Assembly (NCBI RefSeq): GCF_009914755.1
Contig: NC_060947.1
DNA length: 64,000 nucleotides
Origin: the human T2T-CHM13v2.0 reference genome, Homo sapiens
Reading direction: 5' to 3' (one strand)
Part shown: positions 1 through 14,505 of the stretch, piece after piece
How positions within the stretch are numbered: the first letter of the stretch is position 1
How the letters are laid out: every line of letters starts with the position of its first letter
Position numbers and translations under genes: made by a program
Notes under the pieces: generated by a model
Seen by the model: the letters and a program-made list of their open reading frames with translations, nothing else
Database searches by the model: none
What the model was told of the DNA's origin: nothing

Positions 1-47
1 GCCTCCCAAAGTGCTGGGATTATAGGTGTGAGCCACCATGCCCAGCC
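1..47 (-). mobile_element. Alu 5' end (element runs off window start)
   Basis: gcctcccaaagtgctgggattataggtgtgagccaccatgcccagcc is the reverse complement of the Alu head. Confidence 0.95.
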
Positions 48-379
48 AACAGCCAAACATTTTATAATTATTTTAATATTTGTGACAGAATGCTTCCTAA
101 ATGGTAACAACAGATTGCTATAAGGATTATTCCCAAAAGAAAAAAATCAAAATTTTTTATTGAATTTCAATAATGACCTACAACTTTACTACCTTCTATG
201 GCTATGGGTTATTTATCTACAGGTTAAAACAATAAAAATAGCTGTGTTTCAGGATTTTGTATGATGTTGACTTTCATTTTCAAAATTAATTTCATATTTT
301 CACTCATATTACCTGCTTATTATCACCTGTTTTTTTTTCCTTATTTTTCCACCCCCACTTTCTGATAATTATTATGCAT

Positions 380-760
380 ATTAAAACAAACATATATACT
401 ATCAAACTGGGAAGGCATAAATTATTGCTGAGTAAAATCCCCATACCACTTTCCCCCAGTCCCACCTTTTGAAGGTAACTATTTCTAGGAGTTTGCTGCA
501 CAGTCGTCTTACTATATTTTATGAGTATTCCAGTATACATATGTTAAAGCAAAGGCAAACATTTCATCTATATATATACATATGTGTGTGTGAGAGTGTG
601 CGTATAGGCATATAATGTCTTTTAAATACAAATTTAATTCTACAGTTCATATAATTTTGCATTTAAAAATAGAACAAAATCATCATGGATATTTTTTTGG
701 ATCAGTACATAGAGATTTATTATATTCTTTAACTTCTTTGTATTATAGGCAGACTTGTAA
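380..760 (-). mobile_element. Old L1 (L1ME-like) 3' region fragment
   Basis: Degenerate resemblance to antisense L1M 3'UTR; boundaries approximate. Confidence 0.35.
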
Positions 761-1079
761 CTAACAGCTCCTTTCCACTTTCTAATTTAATCTGATTTTG
801 TAAATCAAAGATTGCACCACTTAGAATTGCACTGTATTTACTTACTGGATGAGAGTGATTGTCTAAAACATTCTCCTATGAATCAAGTAGCTAAGTCTTC
901 ACAATTTATTTCAAACGTCACATTCTCACAGCAGCCATCACCGACCACTGTCTATAAAGTTGCACCTCCCAACATACACCCACCCCATCACACTGTATCT
1001 TTCCTTTACAGTGCTAAGCACGATATGAAATTATCTTTTTTTTGCTTCTTCACTGGGACTAAATCTTCATTAATCAAAA

Positions 1080-1190
1080 TCCTTGTTTGGCCTCTTCTTT
1101 GATCTATTTCCCCGTATCTAGATACCTCCCTGACACATAGTACATATTCAATATACATTGATAAAATGATTGAATAGATGAATGCATGGG
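1080..1190 (+). mobile_element. L2 3' end
   Basis: cctgacacatagtacatattcaatatacattgataaaatgattgaatagatgaatg resembles the L2 terminus with (tgaa)n tail. Confidence 0.55.
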
Positions 1191-1849
1191 TGTGTCCTTA
1201 TTGCATCAACTTTACTTACACATTTACCTGTCCCTTATTTACCTGTCCTTTTACACTGTAGAATGTTGAGAATGCCAGGTTAGTGAACTGTAAGAAAATG
1301 ATCAAGAATGCATACAAACTGGAAGACCTAGACTCCTAGGAGTAATTTCACAAAACGCAGATCTGAAGCTTGAAAAACTAAAGTTAAGAATAACTTGCAG
1401 GGTTTTTAGAATCATTTTCAGAGCATGACTCACAACAGCAAAAAGATCACAGTCTAATTTATTGAGAGTAGATGGGGCAATGTTATGAGGTGACAGAAAA
1501 AAAAGTAAAATGCCTTAGCTTCTATTTTGTTTCATTTTTTTCTTCTGCCAGAGTGAAAGAGCATCAGACTGGAGGGGATAGAACAAATAATTCAATGAAA
1601 ACATTGAACTTTAAAACAAGAGGAGAGACTAAAATAATATCTCCCTCAGAATGAGTTGTGTTGTAAGACTGAAGACAGTCTCTTGATATGGATTCTCCTA
1701 AAAGTCAACTTTGATTCTAGGCATGGGTGTAAGTAATTTATCTGAAAAGTTATCTAAGAAAGCACAAGTAGGGAACACTAAGGTGGGGAAGAGAGAATGG
1801 CAATCAAAGGCATATTAATGAGTGGCTTACTCATACAAGTTTTGTCAGC

Positions 1850-2110
1850 CTTTTTGGGATTGGGATCAAAGCATCAGCAGTTTTTAAAGTTCCCCAGGTT
1901 ATTCTAATATGCAGCCAAGTTAGAGCCAGCGTTCAAAAACTTAATATTTAAAGTGTGTTCCTTAGAGCAGCAGCAACAACACCAGCAGCATCTTGGAAGT
2001 ATTGAGAATGCAGAATCTTGGGCCTGGCCCAGACCTGAAAAATCAGAATCTTCATTTTCACAGTATCCCCCAGTTATACACATGAACATTTAAGTTTGAG
2101 AAGATTTAGT
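1850..2110. mobile_element. MER5A/B (hAT-Charlie) fragments
   Basis: ccccaggttattctaatatgcagccaag and aatgcagaatcttgggcctggcccagacctgaaaaatcagaatct are MER5 hallmarks. Confidence 0.7.
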
Positions 2111-2113
2111 ACT

Positions 2114-4404
2114 TGATATGGTTTGGCTGTGTCCCCACCCAAATCTCATCTTGAATTGTAGTTCCCATAATCCCCAGGCGCCTTGGGATAGACCTGGTGG
2201 TAGGTAATTGAATCGTGGGGGTGGTTACCTCCATGCTGTTCTTGTGATAGTGAGTGAGTTCTCAGGAGATCTGATGATTTTATAAGGTACTTCCCCCTTC
2301 CTTCACTCTGCACTTCTCCTTGCTGCCACCATGTGAAGAAGGATGTGCCTGCTTTCCCTTCTGCCATGACTGTAAGTTTTCTGAGGCCTCCCTGGCTGTG
2401 CTGAACTGTGAGTTAATTAAACCTCTTTCCTTTATAAATCACCCAGTCTCAGGTATGTCTTTATTAGCAGCATGAGAACAGACTAATATAGTAAATTGGT
2501 ACCAGGTAGTAGGGTGCTGCTGTAAAGATACCCCAAAATGTGGAAGCGACTTTGGAACTGGGTAACAGGTAGTTTGGAACAGTTTGGAGGGCTCAGAAGA
2601 AGACAGGAAGATTTAGGAAAGTTTGAAACTTCCTAGAGACTTGTTGAATATCTTTGACCAAAATGCTGATGGTTATATGGGCAATAAAATCCAGGCTGAG
2701 GTGGTGTCAGATGGAGATGAGCAATTTGTTGAGAAATGGAGCAAAGGTGACCCTTGCTATGCCTTAGCAAAGAGACTTGTGGCATTGTACCCCGACCCTA
2801 GAGATCTGTGGAACTTTGATCTTGAGAGAGATGATTTAGGGTGTCTGGCAGAAGGAATCTCCTAAGCAGCAAAACGTTCAGGAGGATGCAGAGCATAAAA
2901 GTTGGTAAATTTGCAGCCTGATGATGTCATAGAAAAATAAAACCAATTTTCTGGGGAAAATTACAAGCCTCCTGCAGAAATTTGCATAAGTAATGAGGAG
3001 CCAACTGTTAATCACCAAGACAATGGGGAAAATATCTCCAGGGCATGTCAGAGACCTTCATGGAAACCCCTCCTATCACAGCCACTAGGGCCTAGGAAGA
3101 AAAATAGTTTTGTGGGCGGGGCCCAGGACTCCCCAGCTGTGCGCAGCCTAGGGACTTGGTGACCTGCATCTCAGCCACTCCAGCCTTGGCTAAAAGGGAC
3201 CAAGGTACAGCTTGGGTCGTGGCTTCAGAGGGTGCAAGCCCCAAGACTTGGCAACTTCCACGTGGTCTTGAGCCTGCAGGTGCACAGAAGTCAAGAATTG
3301 AGGTTTGGGAACCTCTACCTAGATTTCAGAGAATGTATGGAAATGCCTGGATGTCCAGGAATAAGTTTACTGCAGGGGCAAAGTCCACATGGAGAACCTC
3401 TGCTAGGGCAGTGCAGAAAGCAAATGTAAGGTGGGAGCCCCCACACAGAGTCCCCACTGGAGCACTGCCTAGTGGAGTTGTGAGAAAAGGGCCATGGTCC
3501 TCCAGACCCCAAAATGGTGGATTCACTGACAGCTTGCACTGCATGCCTGGAAAAGCAACAGGCACTCAACACCAGCCCCTGAAGGCAGCTAGGAGAGGGG
3601 TTGTACCCTGCAAAGCCACAGGGGCAGAGCTGCTCAAGGCTGTGGGAGCCCACCTCTTGTACAGTGCGACCTGGATGTGAGACATGGAATCAAAGAAGAT
3701 CATTTTGGAACTTTAAGGTTTAATGACTGCCCTATTGGATTTCAGACTTGCATGCAGCCTGTAGCCCCTTTGTTTTGGCCAATTTCTCCCATTTAGAATG
3801 GGTGGATTTACCCAGTGCCTGTTCTCTCATTGTATCTAGGAAGTAACTAACTTGCTTTTGATTTTACAGGCTCATAGGTGGAAGAGCATGCCTCGTCTCA
3901 AATGAGACTTTGAACTTGGACTTTTGAGTTAAACTGAGAATGAGATAAGACTTTGGGGGACTGTTGGAAAGGCATGATTGGTTTTGAAATGTGAGAACAT
4001 GAGATTTGGGAGGGGCTAGGCCTAAATGATGTGGTTTGGCTCTGTGTCCCTAAGCAAATCTCATCTTGAATGGTAGTTCCCATAATCCCCACATGCCCTG
4101 GGGGAGACCCAGTGGCAGGTAATAGAAACATGGCGGTTGTTACCTCCATGCTGTGCTCATGATATTGAGGGAGTTCTCACAAGATCTGATGATTTTATAA
4201 GGCACATGCCCCCACTTCACTCTGCACTTCTCCTTGCTGCTGCCATGTGAAGAAGGGTGTGCCTGCTTCCTCTCCCACCATGATTGTAAGTTTCCCGAGG
4301 CCTCCCCAGCGATGCTGAACTGTGACTCAGTCAAACCTCTTTCCTTTAAAAATTACCCAGTTTCAGGTATGTCTTTATTAGCAGTATGAGAATGGAGTGA
4401 TACA
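2114..4404 (+). mobile_element. Full-length THE1 (THE1C/D-like) MaLR: LTR 2114-2490, internal 2491-4026, LTR 4027-4404
   Basis: Both LTRs start tgat(a/g)tggtttggct and end taatata/tgataca; typical THE1 internal; 5-bp TSD gtact (2109-2113) / gtacc (4405-4409). Confidence 0.95.
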
Positions 4405-4409
4405 GTACC

Positions 4410-4575
4410 ACACATTGAAATCACTTGTGAAGTTTTACAAACATTAATACCTAAAAACCAAAGGCACCACCCCCAGAAATAGTGATTTTTTTAGTCTGGT
4501 GTACAGCCTGGGAAACGGGCACTTCACACCCTCCTCCAGCTGATTAAATTATGTAACAGGATTTGATGCTGCTGT
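4410..4575. mobile_element. MER5B-like fragment
   Basis: cacattgaaatcacttgtgaagttttac...ccacccccagaaatagtgatt...tctggtgtacagcctggg resembles MER5. Confidence 0.55.
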
Positions 4576-4824
4576 TATTTCTGTTTGAGTTAGATTTAAA
4601 GAGGTTTCTAGGTTTCTTCTATAGTATCTCAATGCCCCGCCCTTATAAAGATTATTGTGCTAATTGTAAAGATTATCATTTCACTTTGATTCTTTGTTTT
4701 CTCAATTACCACTGAATTCTATGTTCTATTTTCTTTATTGTCTTGTACTTTTACATCTCATGTTTTTCACTCACCTGCCACTTCCTTACTTGATCCTTCT
4801 ACCTGAGACTATATTTACAAATAA

Positions 4825-5010
4825 TTCAGTTTTTCACCTTAGCTGCTCTTTAGAATCATATGGGAAACTTAAAAAATACTGATGTTTGGGTACTATGCCA
4901 GAGAATAAGATTCAATTATTTGTGGTAGTTTCAAATATGCCTTTTTTTCTTTAATTATAATATTCTGCTGATGACTTCAATGTGCACCTAGGATTGAGAG
5001 CCTATGGGTT
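4825..5010. mobile_element. MER5-like fragment
   Basis: ttagaatcatatgggaaacttaaaaaatactgatg...aatgtgcacctaggattgagagcc. Confidence 0.5.
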
Positions 5011-5556
5011 TATTTATCTTGTCTGAAAATTTAAAAGACAAACAGAAAAGGATAAATGGTTGTATAGAACTTGTAAAATGCTTTTGTGTATAAACCCCTT
5101 AATAGTTCCATCTGTGCATTCTCATTTTATTGTTTAGTGCTATAACTGTACACTTTTAATGTTTAATAAATACTTGGTGAAAAACTGGAAATAAATAGTA
5201 CTAAAAATTCTCTTATTTCATTTTCACAACACCCTTGAGCTAGATATTTTTTCATGATGCAGATGAGGTTATTTGGTGGAGTAAGGATCTCCGTGAATTT
5301 ATGGTTATTAGAATAAGATGGATCATGTTATCATTCATAATATTTTTCCTAGCTAAGGAACAGAACTGGTAACACTTGCTCCATATTGCTCCCAGGGTAA
5401 CCTCATGTGTATCTTGCTATAACATATGCAATCTAGAGGTATGAAATGTTAGAACAGTTATAAAATTGAGTGCTATGTAAATTCGTGGATTTTCATGAAG
5501 ATGCATCCAATTCTGGGACAGGAGATGGATTACTTTTCCTGCTATTAAAAGTTCTA

Positions 5557-5872
<316 letters not shown>

Positions 5873-5875
5873 TCA

Positions 5876-6191
<316 letters not shown>

Positions 6192-7684
6192 TTATTTATA
6201 TTTTCTAGTATTCAAAGAAGTTTAATTATCATCTATTAAATAGGCATAATGTCTAATTTATTGGTTGTAATGATATGAATTATTTATAAGCTATAATTAC
6301 TGGACCTACAGGAGATGTATAGTATGGTAATTCTTAGTATTAATATTGATTATCTTATCAACGACATCTAATAAGGAGCAGAAATATATTTACTATTAAT
6401 ATGCTAATGAGCATGGCATTCATACATGCTTCTAGATATTCTAAATTTATTCATGTGATAAAATGAGCTTAGAGTTTCTTGAAGTGAGAAGTGTAAAAGC
6501 CTGGTCCCTCAGAATGTTAACCAGCTTTAGTCTCAAATAATTCTTGTGATAAAATGCGTTTGAAAAATACTAGTTTGAGTAACTTTTAGTAGGTTCCTTT
6601 GTGATGGCCTATTCAGAGCCTATAGTGTGGTTTTATTAGGAATATACAAAGGGTTATAATATAGTATACAGCATTTCAACAACTTAATTTGGGTATTTTG
6701 AACATCTTATTATATTATGGAATTGATATTCCTTGGAACACATTTTGAAAAACATCCATTTAAACCATTAGCTTATACCATATCAAGTTAGTCTCCAGAA
6801 CAACTGACTTTTCTGAAATGCACTTTAATGTTTTGTGTTCAGTATCTCTCATAGGTAATTATAAGAAAGATCTCTATAATATATAGCATTCACCTTTGCT
6901 ATGATATGTAATTTTCATCAATGTACACCTTATCATAAAATGATCTGTAGGTTAATTTCTATCGAGAATTTGTAGGACTTTAGTTCCAGAGATACTTACA
7001 AGTTCTCTAAATAAGTGCTATGCTTTTCCATGCTGATTATGAGAGCTATGTCGCTACATGATGTTTGGCCTTCCTTGCTCAAATATCAAAAGTCAAATTT
7101 TATGCACACTTATTGCAGATCGTAAAAGCTCTCACTGTTGGATATTTTAATTTTTCTTCTTTTCTTGGACCAAATATTCAGAGTCTATACTGTATTTTTA
7201 TTGTATATAGGTTTTACTTGAAGCCCCTACAAACCATTTCAGAGACGTGGCATAGAAGTAAGCTTTATAAATGGAATTCACTGCCTCCTATTTTTTCATG
7301 CCTCTTCTGGGCTATCTGTAATTACCCTTGGCTCCAGTGACTCTATGCTTTTCATTCTGAGCCTCAGCTGGGGCCATTTTTTTTCTCCTCAGGAAATCTT
7401 ACCATTTGAGTATGAAAATGCCTCTTTTCCAGTCAAAGCTATCAGAACAAAAACCATTTCTTTATTTAACTCTCATTCATCTTTGCATGAAGGACGTTTC
7501 CAGTGGCAGAAACTCCTCTGCATCAAAATCATTAGAAATAAAATTGTTATTCCAAGCTTCTGCCTTTAATACTTTACCAAACATCTATTGAAGTTATATG
7601 ACCTTTTCTCAGATTAACTGTAGTTCCTATCTATGATCTCCTGAGATTTCCTATGGAATGTCTGCTTCTGTCATGTTTTTAAGG

Positions 7685-8545
<861 letters not shown>

Positions 8546-10159
8546 TGAGTATTTAAATATTATCTTATTTTTTCCCAGTTTATGATTTCCTTAAGGAAGT
8601 ATATTTATATTTTAATGAAAAATGTATTTCTAAAATGTTCTCACAAAGTTGTAACATATCTAGATTTCTATTTTTCATCTACTCATAAATAAACATTAAT
8701 GCATTGTGACTTTGTTATTTAGTTGCACTAATATTTGTACACACAAATATATATTTGGTGACAAATTATGACAACTCCTTTTGTACATATATAAGTTGGT
8801 TTGATTTTGAATTCAAACCAGAATAATGGAAACCACATGTTTTTAAGAAAAATTCCATATAAACATGCTGGGTATATCCACTGCATTGAACTAACTTCCA
8901 AAATTAATAGATGTAGGAAAATGCCAACATCACATGCAGTGATAGCTAAGCATGGCTGGTAATTATTTGGTATTATAGTTGAGAACCACTGATTAAATAT
9001 GCAATTTATAATGTACACTGCTGATATAAGTAGTTTTGTTCTATTGCTGCTGAGAATTAGCCATATTTCCATGTTACATGTGTATTTTGCATTTCATTTC
9101 GATAAACTCTTAAATATGTAATGGTCTCAACAGTTATAATTTTCATTTATCTTACACAAAAATAGGCATCATTGTATGGTTTTGATAGCTGGTTTGTCAT
9201 GCAAGGTTTTAATTCTCTTTCCTTCAGAAATAGCATGTTCATGATAAAATAAGACAGATCAAAGAGAGTATATGTTTAAAATTTAGTTTCACGGAAGGAA
9301 TAAAAATGTGGTCTCTGAGTAATTAGAAAGTATCATTGATTTTTCTCAGTATGATGATTGGTACAAAATCTATTCTGGAGTTTCTTTTTCATCAAGAAGG
9401 ACTTAAGGTGGACTTAGATAAAATTATAGTATTAAGAGCGGCTTGAATATAGAGGAAAGCATTAGAACATAGGTTTTATAAATATTATTAAATGTATTTA
9501 GGCCATGTAAATAATGGAACCCATATTAGCAGATAATTTTTTAAATTTTGAACTGCAATTAATGGTTTTACTTTTATTTCTTTCCAAAATATCAGAGTCA
9601 GTAAATAAGGTTATAAGTAGCAATGGTAATATTGGAAAAGTAGGGACAAGCTTGAAAAGTGAAGTAGAGCACCTTTAAACATTACTCAAGGAAAATTAAT
9701 TAGGTTTTCTTCGTTTAACTTATTTATTATTAAGGAAATGTGTCATCCTCTGCCACTATCCCTATCACATTAGAGTGTACCTTGGAAAAGAAATTCTCAA
9801 AATAGCCTTTTTTCGAGTTTAAATGAGCAAAACATATAGCAACAATGACAAAATTTCACCTTTTTAAAATTCTATTTCTGGATAATGTATTTTTCTATTA
9901 ATTAAAATGAAGGTTGCCTTTGTCTCTATACATAAAATCACTTTGGGATGTGTATTATTTCAATTATTGTGAAATACTGAAATGTATTCAACTAGACCAT
10001 GTCTAGCAGACCCTAAATTCCATGTTCACGACTTGTGACTAAAATACTTGCAAGAATATAGAAAACAAACAAGAACAGAGGTAGGTGGTTAATTTGGTGT
10101 AAGAATCCACGAAAAATTTTCACTAGCATCAAGAACTGTGAAGCAATTACACTGGTTGT

Positions 10160-10430
10160 AAAAGAAGATGGTAGGGAGCTACATAGGCGACTCTCTCCCT
10201 GGTGTTTCCTTGGCTCCAGTGAAAATAAGCCCATGTAGATATTTCTCTGACAAATGCTACTTGTAGTTTGTAGTTCCGGAAGCCAGATTGTGAAAGTGGA
10301 TTGGTGATAGCCAACGACATTCTGGGAAGTGTAGTTTTTCATACACAAACTGCCAATGTCAGGGGTATAATTTGGAAGGATTCTGGTAGCAGAATTATTC
10401 TCCATGAGTTTGGAAAGTCAGGAAGTGGAA
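10160..10430. promoter_or_regulatory. Candidate promoter/enhancer: ZNF143/THAP11 SBS motif, ETS sites, CCAAT boxes
   Basis: ACTACACTTCCCAGAATG on minus (10318-10335); two more ACTACA on minus (10262-10267, 10269-10274); TTCCGGAAG 10274-10282; ATTGG about 10300; CCAAT 10353; CAGGAAGTG about 10419; YY1-like AAGATGG 10165. Confidence 0.5.
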
Positions 10431-10682
10431 AAAAATAAAACACCAAATATTTAGTTTCCATTCTTAATAAGTGGATGCTGCATATTTTTAGTTAAAATAA
10501 CTTCTGTGTATATTAATTTTCCTGAAATTTACATTTGATATGCAGATACTTTCAGCTCCTTAAATGACAATAAAAGTAAAAAAAAAATAAGAAGAAGAAA
10601 TGAAACAACAAACATCCTATGGAAACAAAACCTTTTCTGAAACCTGTGAGAAAAAATATATCTGTATGCTATTATTTTTCTC

Positions 10683-12382
10683 ACAGTAATGTTTCTTGCA
10701 GATGGTTCTTGGAGATTTGTAGAGGTGTACCACCTTGTTGGTCTTTGACAAGATCCAGGCGATTTTTCTCCATTACCAGGCAGAGACTCGTGTTCTCTTC
10801 CCTTACTTTCTCCCAAACAAATAGAGTCTTTCTCTCTCTGTTCTGAGCCACCTAAAGCTGGGAATGGAGTAACACAAGCACCTCTGTGGCCACCACGACT
10901 ATGACTGTGCTGGGTCAGACCCAAAGCCAGCACAGCACTGTGTCTCACCCAAGGCCTGCTGTTGACCACTCTCTGGCTACTGCCTATGTTTGCTCAAGTC
11001 CTTGGAGCTGTACAATCAGTGTGTGGCAAAGTCAGCCAGGCCTCTGTCTTTTCTTCCAGGGCAGCAAGTTCTCCCAGTTTCCAGGGAGTTCAAGAGGTGC
11101 TCTCTGGGAGACAGGGACTAGAGTAAATAACCTTAGAAATGTACCTGGTATTCTATTATACTGCAGCTAAGCTGACACTGAGACCACAAAATGGAGTCGT
11201 TTCCACCCTTCCATCCCCTTTTCAAAGGCAGAGGAGCCTCACCTTGTGGCCACTGCCACCACAAGCCTATGAGGAATTCTGCCAGACTACTGCTGTTTCC
11301 TGAAGACCCAAGGTCTCTTATGTCAGTTTGTCATGAATGCATCCTGACCAGAGACTCAGCCTTCAAGGCAGTGTGCTCCCCTCTGGCTCAGGGCAAGTCC
11401 AGAAATGCTGTCCAAGAGCCAAGTTCTGGAACTGGTGACCCCAAGAGCCCACGTGGTGCTCTAGCTCCCTGTGGCTGATCTGGTCACAGATCAAGTCCAA
11501 GACCAAGTGCCCTTTACTTTTCCCTCTACTCTTCTCAAGCAGAGAGTCTGACTTCATAGCCACCACAGTTGAGAATGTGTCGAGTCTCTCCTGAAGCCAG
11601 CAGATCTCAAATTATCACCCAAGGCCCTCAACGTAGTTCCCGGGTATCACTGCTGGTTATTCAAGGCACTCAGACTCTTCAGTTAGCAGGTAATGAATCC
11701 TACCAGGACTAGGTCATTCTTTCCCAGGCAGCAGGCTCCTTTCTGGCCTGAAGCATGTCTAGAAATGTCATCCAGGAGCTGCGGCCTAGAAAGAAGGCCT
11801 TATGCTTCCAACCACTACTCTATCTTACTGCAGCTGAGCTCGTATCCAAGGTGCAAGAGAAAGTCCTGTTTATTCATTCCTCTTCTCTCCTCAAGCAGAA
11901 GGAAGGGATCTTTTTTGGAGCCATGAGCTGTTCATCCTGGGGTTATGGGAGGGGTGATGCCAGCACTGCCTTAGCTGCCAAAGCTGTCGTCTGTTGTCCC
12001 AGTGGGTCACATGACCCCCCTAGTCTATTCTGGGCCCAGATCAGCACTAAAACTTTCCTAAAAGTAGCAGTCCTGGTGGCCTAGGCTGCTTTTCACATTT
12101 ATTTAGAGCCACAGAGCAGTTTAGCCCACGGTGGTAAAGTTTGTGGAAACTTTTTGAGATCAGTAATTCCCCTAAGGCTAGAGGTGGTTTAAATGCTCCC
12201 TCCATTGGCAGGCATCTGCTGAGTTTGGTCTCATTTTCCTTTCTGCTATAACAGGACATCACTGAGTTAAATGTCTCAAAATTGCTGTACTCTCTCTCTC
12301 CCAGTACACAAAAATGCTCTCCATACCATGCTGTGTCTACCAAGTGGTGGGAGAGGGGTTACGTTGACGATTCAAGACTCTT
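10683..12382 (-). mobile_element. L1M/L1MA-type 5' UTR fragment truncated at both ends
   Basis: ccaggcagagactcgtgttctcttcccttactttctcccaaacaa...gggtcagacccaaagccagcacagcactg matches antisense old L1 5' region with repeated submodules. Confidence 0.75.
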
Positions 12383-12849
12383 TTTAAAATAGTTAGGATT
12401 CAAATAATAGAAAGGTCTCTGAACTGAAAAAATATTAAGCTTTCCAGTTGAAAGTATTCCATAGGTCCTTATTGGAGAGAAAACCTTATAAGCTTTCAGA
12501 TAACAGGTAGGTTACTTGCAAGTTCAGAGGCCTTTCTATTATTTTAATCCCTGAAGTATTCAATAGATATACACTAACACATACATGATAATAATAAAGA
12601 TATATACTGATTTGAGAGTAAATAAAATTTTATAATTATTTACATTGTCCTGGGAACAAAAAAGAGAAATTCTCAGACATGTTATGATTCAGAAAGAAAA
12701 CCATCACTGTGTATCAAAAAACAAAGAATTAGGAATTTCAATATCAGAAATAATGCCATTGAAGGCCACATGCATCAAATGTGACAAAAACAGTATTTTG
12801 GTATCATAAAAAAAGATGCTGTGCAAATTATACATAGCAGTCATAAAAT

Positions 12850-13940
12850 TTTATGCGACAAAAGACATAATTGTGAAAAACACAAGAAAGAATTCTCCGA
12901 GAAATAAAAAGTTAAAGTCTCTGTAATGGTTGTAACCTTCATTATACTCCTTTTAAAATTTGATCTGTCAAGTGTACAAAATGTAAGCAAAGATATAAAA
13001 GATAGGAATGCAATAAGCAAGTCAGCTGAAGATTTATTATTTCAATACAAATAAAGAACAGTATATTTACACTAATGGTATTATATATAATAGTATATAG
13101 TATATACTCTGAGGCAAGGGAATAATTCAGTTAACTGACAAGTTCCATGACCTTGTAAGCTTACATTCAAGTTGAAGAAACAGAAAATAAATTTTAAAAT
13201 ATTTTCAAAAATTTAAAGTTTTTAGTAAGACCTACAAATAAACAGGTGATAAAATTGTATCACCTGTTAAAGGTGATAAATAGAGTAACAAGGCCCCTTA
13301 GGTACAAATTAGAATGGAATGCACGGTGTGTGGAGAAAGCAAGGAGTCAGGGTGAAGATCACCTTTAGTTCTCAGCCCCTTTAGTTCTCAGCACCTTCAG
13401 GGGTCTCCTTGAGCTGCAGAGCTGTTTTCCCCCAATGCACACCCTTCTCAAGGTAGCCCACTTCCTATGACAGATCAAGGTAGGGTTATGAAGGCCCAGA
13501 CATTTTGGCTAGGTGCTAGACAACTCTGATAGGTGATGTACTTTCCAGAGCACCCCATAAGATTAGCTGAGCTGTCAGGCCTGGATAAGACTTGCATTTC
13601 TCCTTCTGCTCAATTCTGAGTTTTTCTGCTCCTTTCTACAGGTAATAATAACAAGGGCATTCCTTAATAAACATACTGCAGACTACACTTTGCCTCAGCA
13701 CCCAACCTGTAAAATACACAGGAGATAATATATGTATATAGGCCTCATTAAGCTATGGTAGCAACTTAGAGTTTTTTCAAACTGCAGTGGAATTAAAAGA
13801 AAAATTTTCAGCATACTTTTCACATGTCCACGAAATACTTACCAATATTGAGCATATACATGGCCATAAAAATGTACCTTAATAAGTTCCAAAAATTAGA
13901 TATCACACAGGTCACATGCTCTTGATTTAATTATATGATC
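12850..13940 (+). mobile_element. Degraded old L1 ORF2 (endonuclease region) fragments, interrupted
   Basis: aaatgtaagcaaagatataaaagataggaatgc and cttaataagttccaaaaattagatatcacacag resemble L1 ORF2 5' part. Confidence 0.5.
13290..13712 (+). mobile_element. Old ERVL-type solo LTR (LTR40-like, tentative)
   Basis: Ends ...ttccttaataaacatactgcagactacac...acccaacctgtaaaa, a typical ERVL LTR R/U5 end; local 15-bp duplication cctttagttctcagc. Confidence 0.4.
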
Positions 13941-14144
13941 TATGGGTGCCTGAGTGTATCGTGAACTGCCAGTAGAATACAACTGAGGACCTCATGGTGT
14001 TCAATTATCTTCACTGCCTCTACCATATTTAAAAATTTTTATAATGTTTCACATTCATAAAATTATTCTTGACCTACAAATGTTCTTTTCTTGGGATTAA
14101 TGAATGCTCATTTCATGGAATTTCTTGATTCTTATTTAGGTATT

Positions 14145-14505
14145 TGCTATGGTTTGAATGTCCCCTCTAAAACTCATGTTGAAATTTAATTGCCATTGTG
14201 ATAATATTGAGAGGTGGAGCCTTTAAGAGGTGATTAGCTCATGATGGATGGATTAATGCCATTATAACAGAAGTGGGTTAGTTCTTGCAGGAATCCAGGC
14301 TCTGTGTCTTGTGTTCTTACTTGCCCTTCCGTCTTCCACCATCCACTGAGGGATAATGTGGCAAGAAGATCCATACCAGATGCAACCCCTCAGTCTTGAA
14401 ACTTCCCAGGCTTCAGAACCATAAGCCAAATAAACCTCTTTTCTTCATAAACTGCACAGTCTGTTGTAGTTATTCTGTTATAGTAGCAGAAAACAGACTA
14501 AGACC
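14145..14505 (+). mobile_element. MST-family MaLR solo LTR
   Basis: tgctatggtttgaatgtcccctctaaaactcatgttgaaatttaattgcc ... aacagactaagac. Confidence 0.85.

Noticed and set aside
2623-3680. 80-174 aa ORFs similar to those at 53851-55087, suggesting a paralogous gene pair
   Set aside because: Both are broken remnants of the THE1 internal ORF in two independent insertions.
10013-10405. 130-aa minus-strand ORF in unique sequence
   Set aside because: No recognisable domain or convincing exon structure; this length can occur by chance, and the segment is better explained by promoter motifs.
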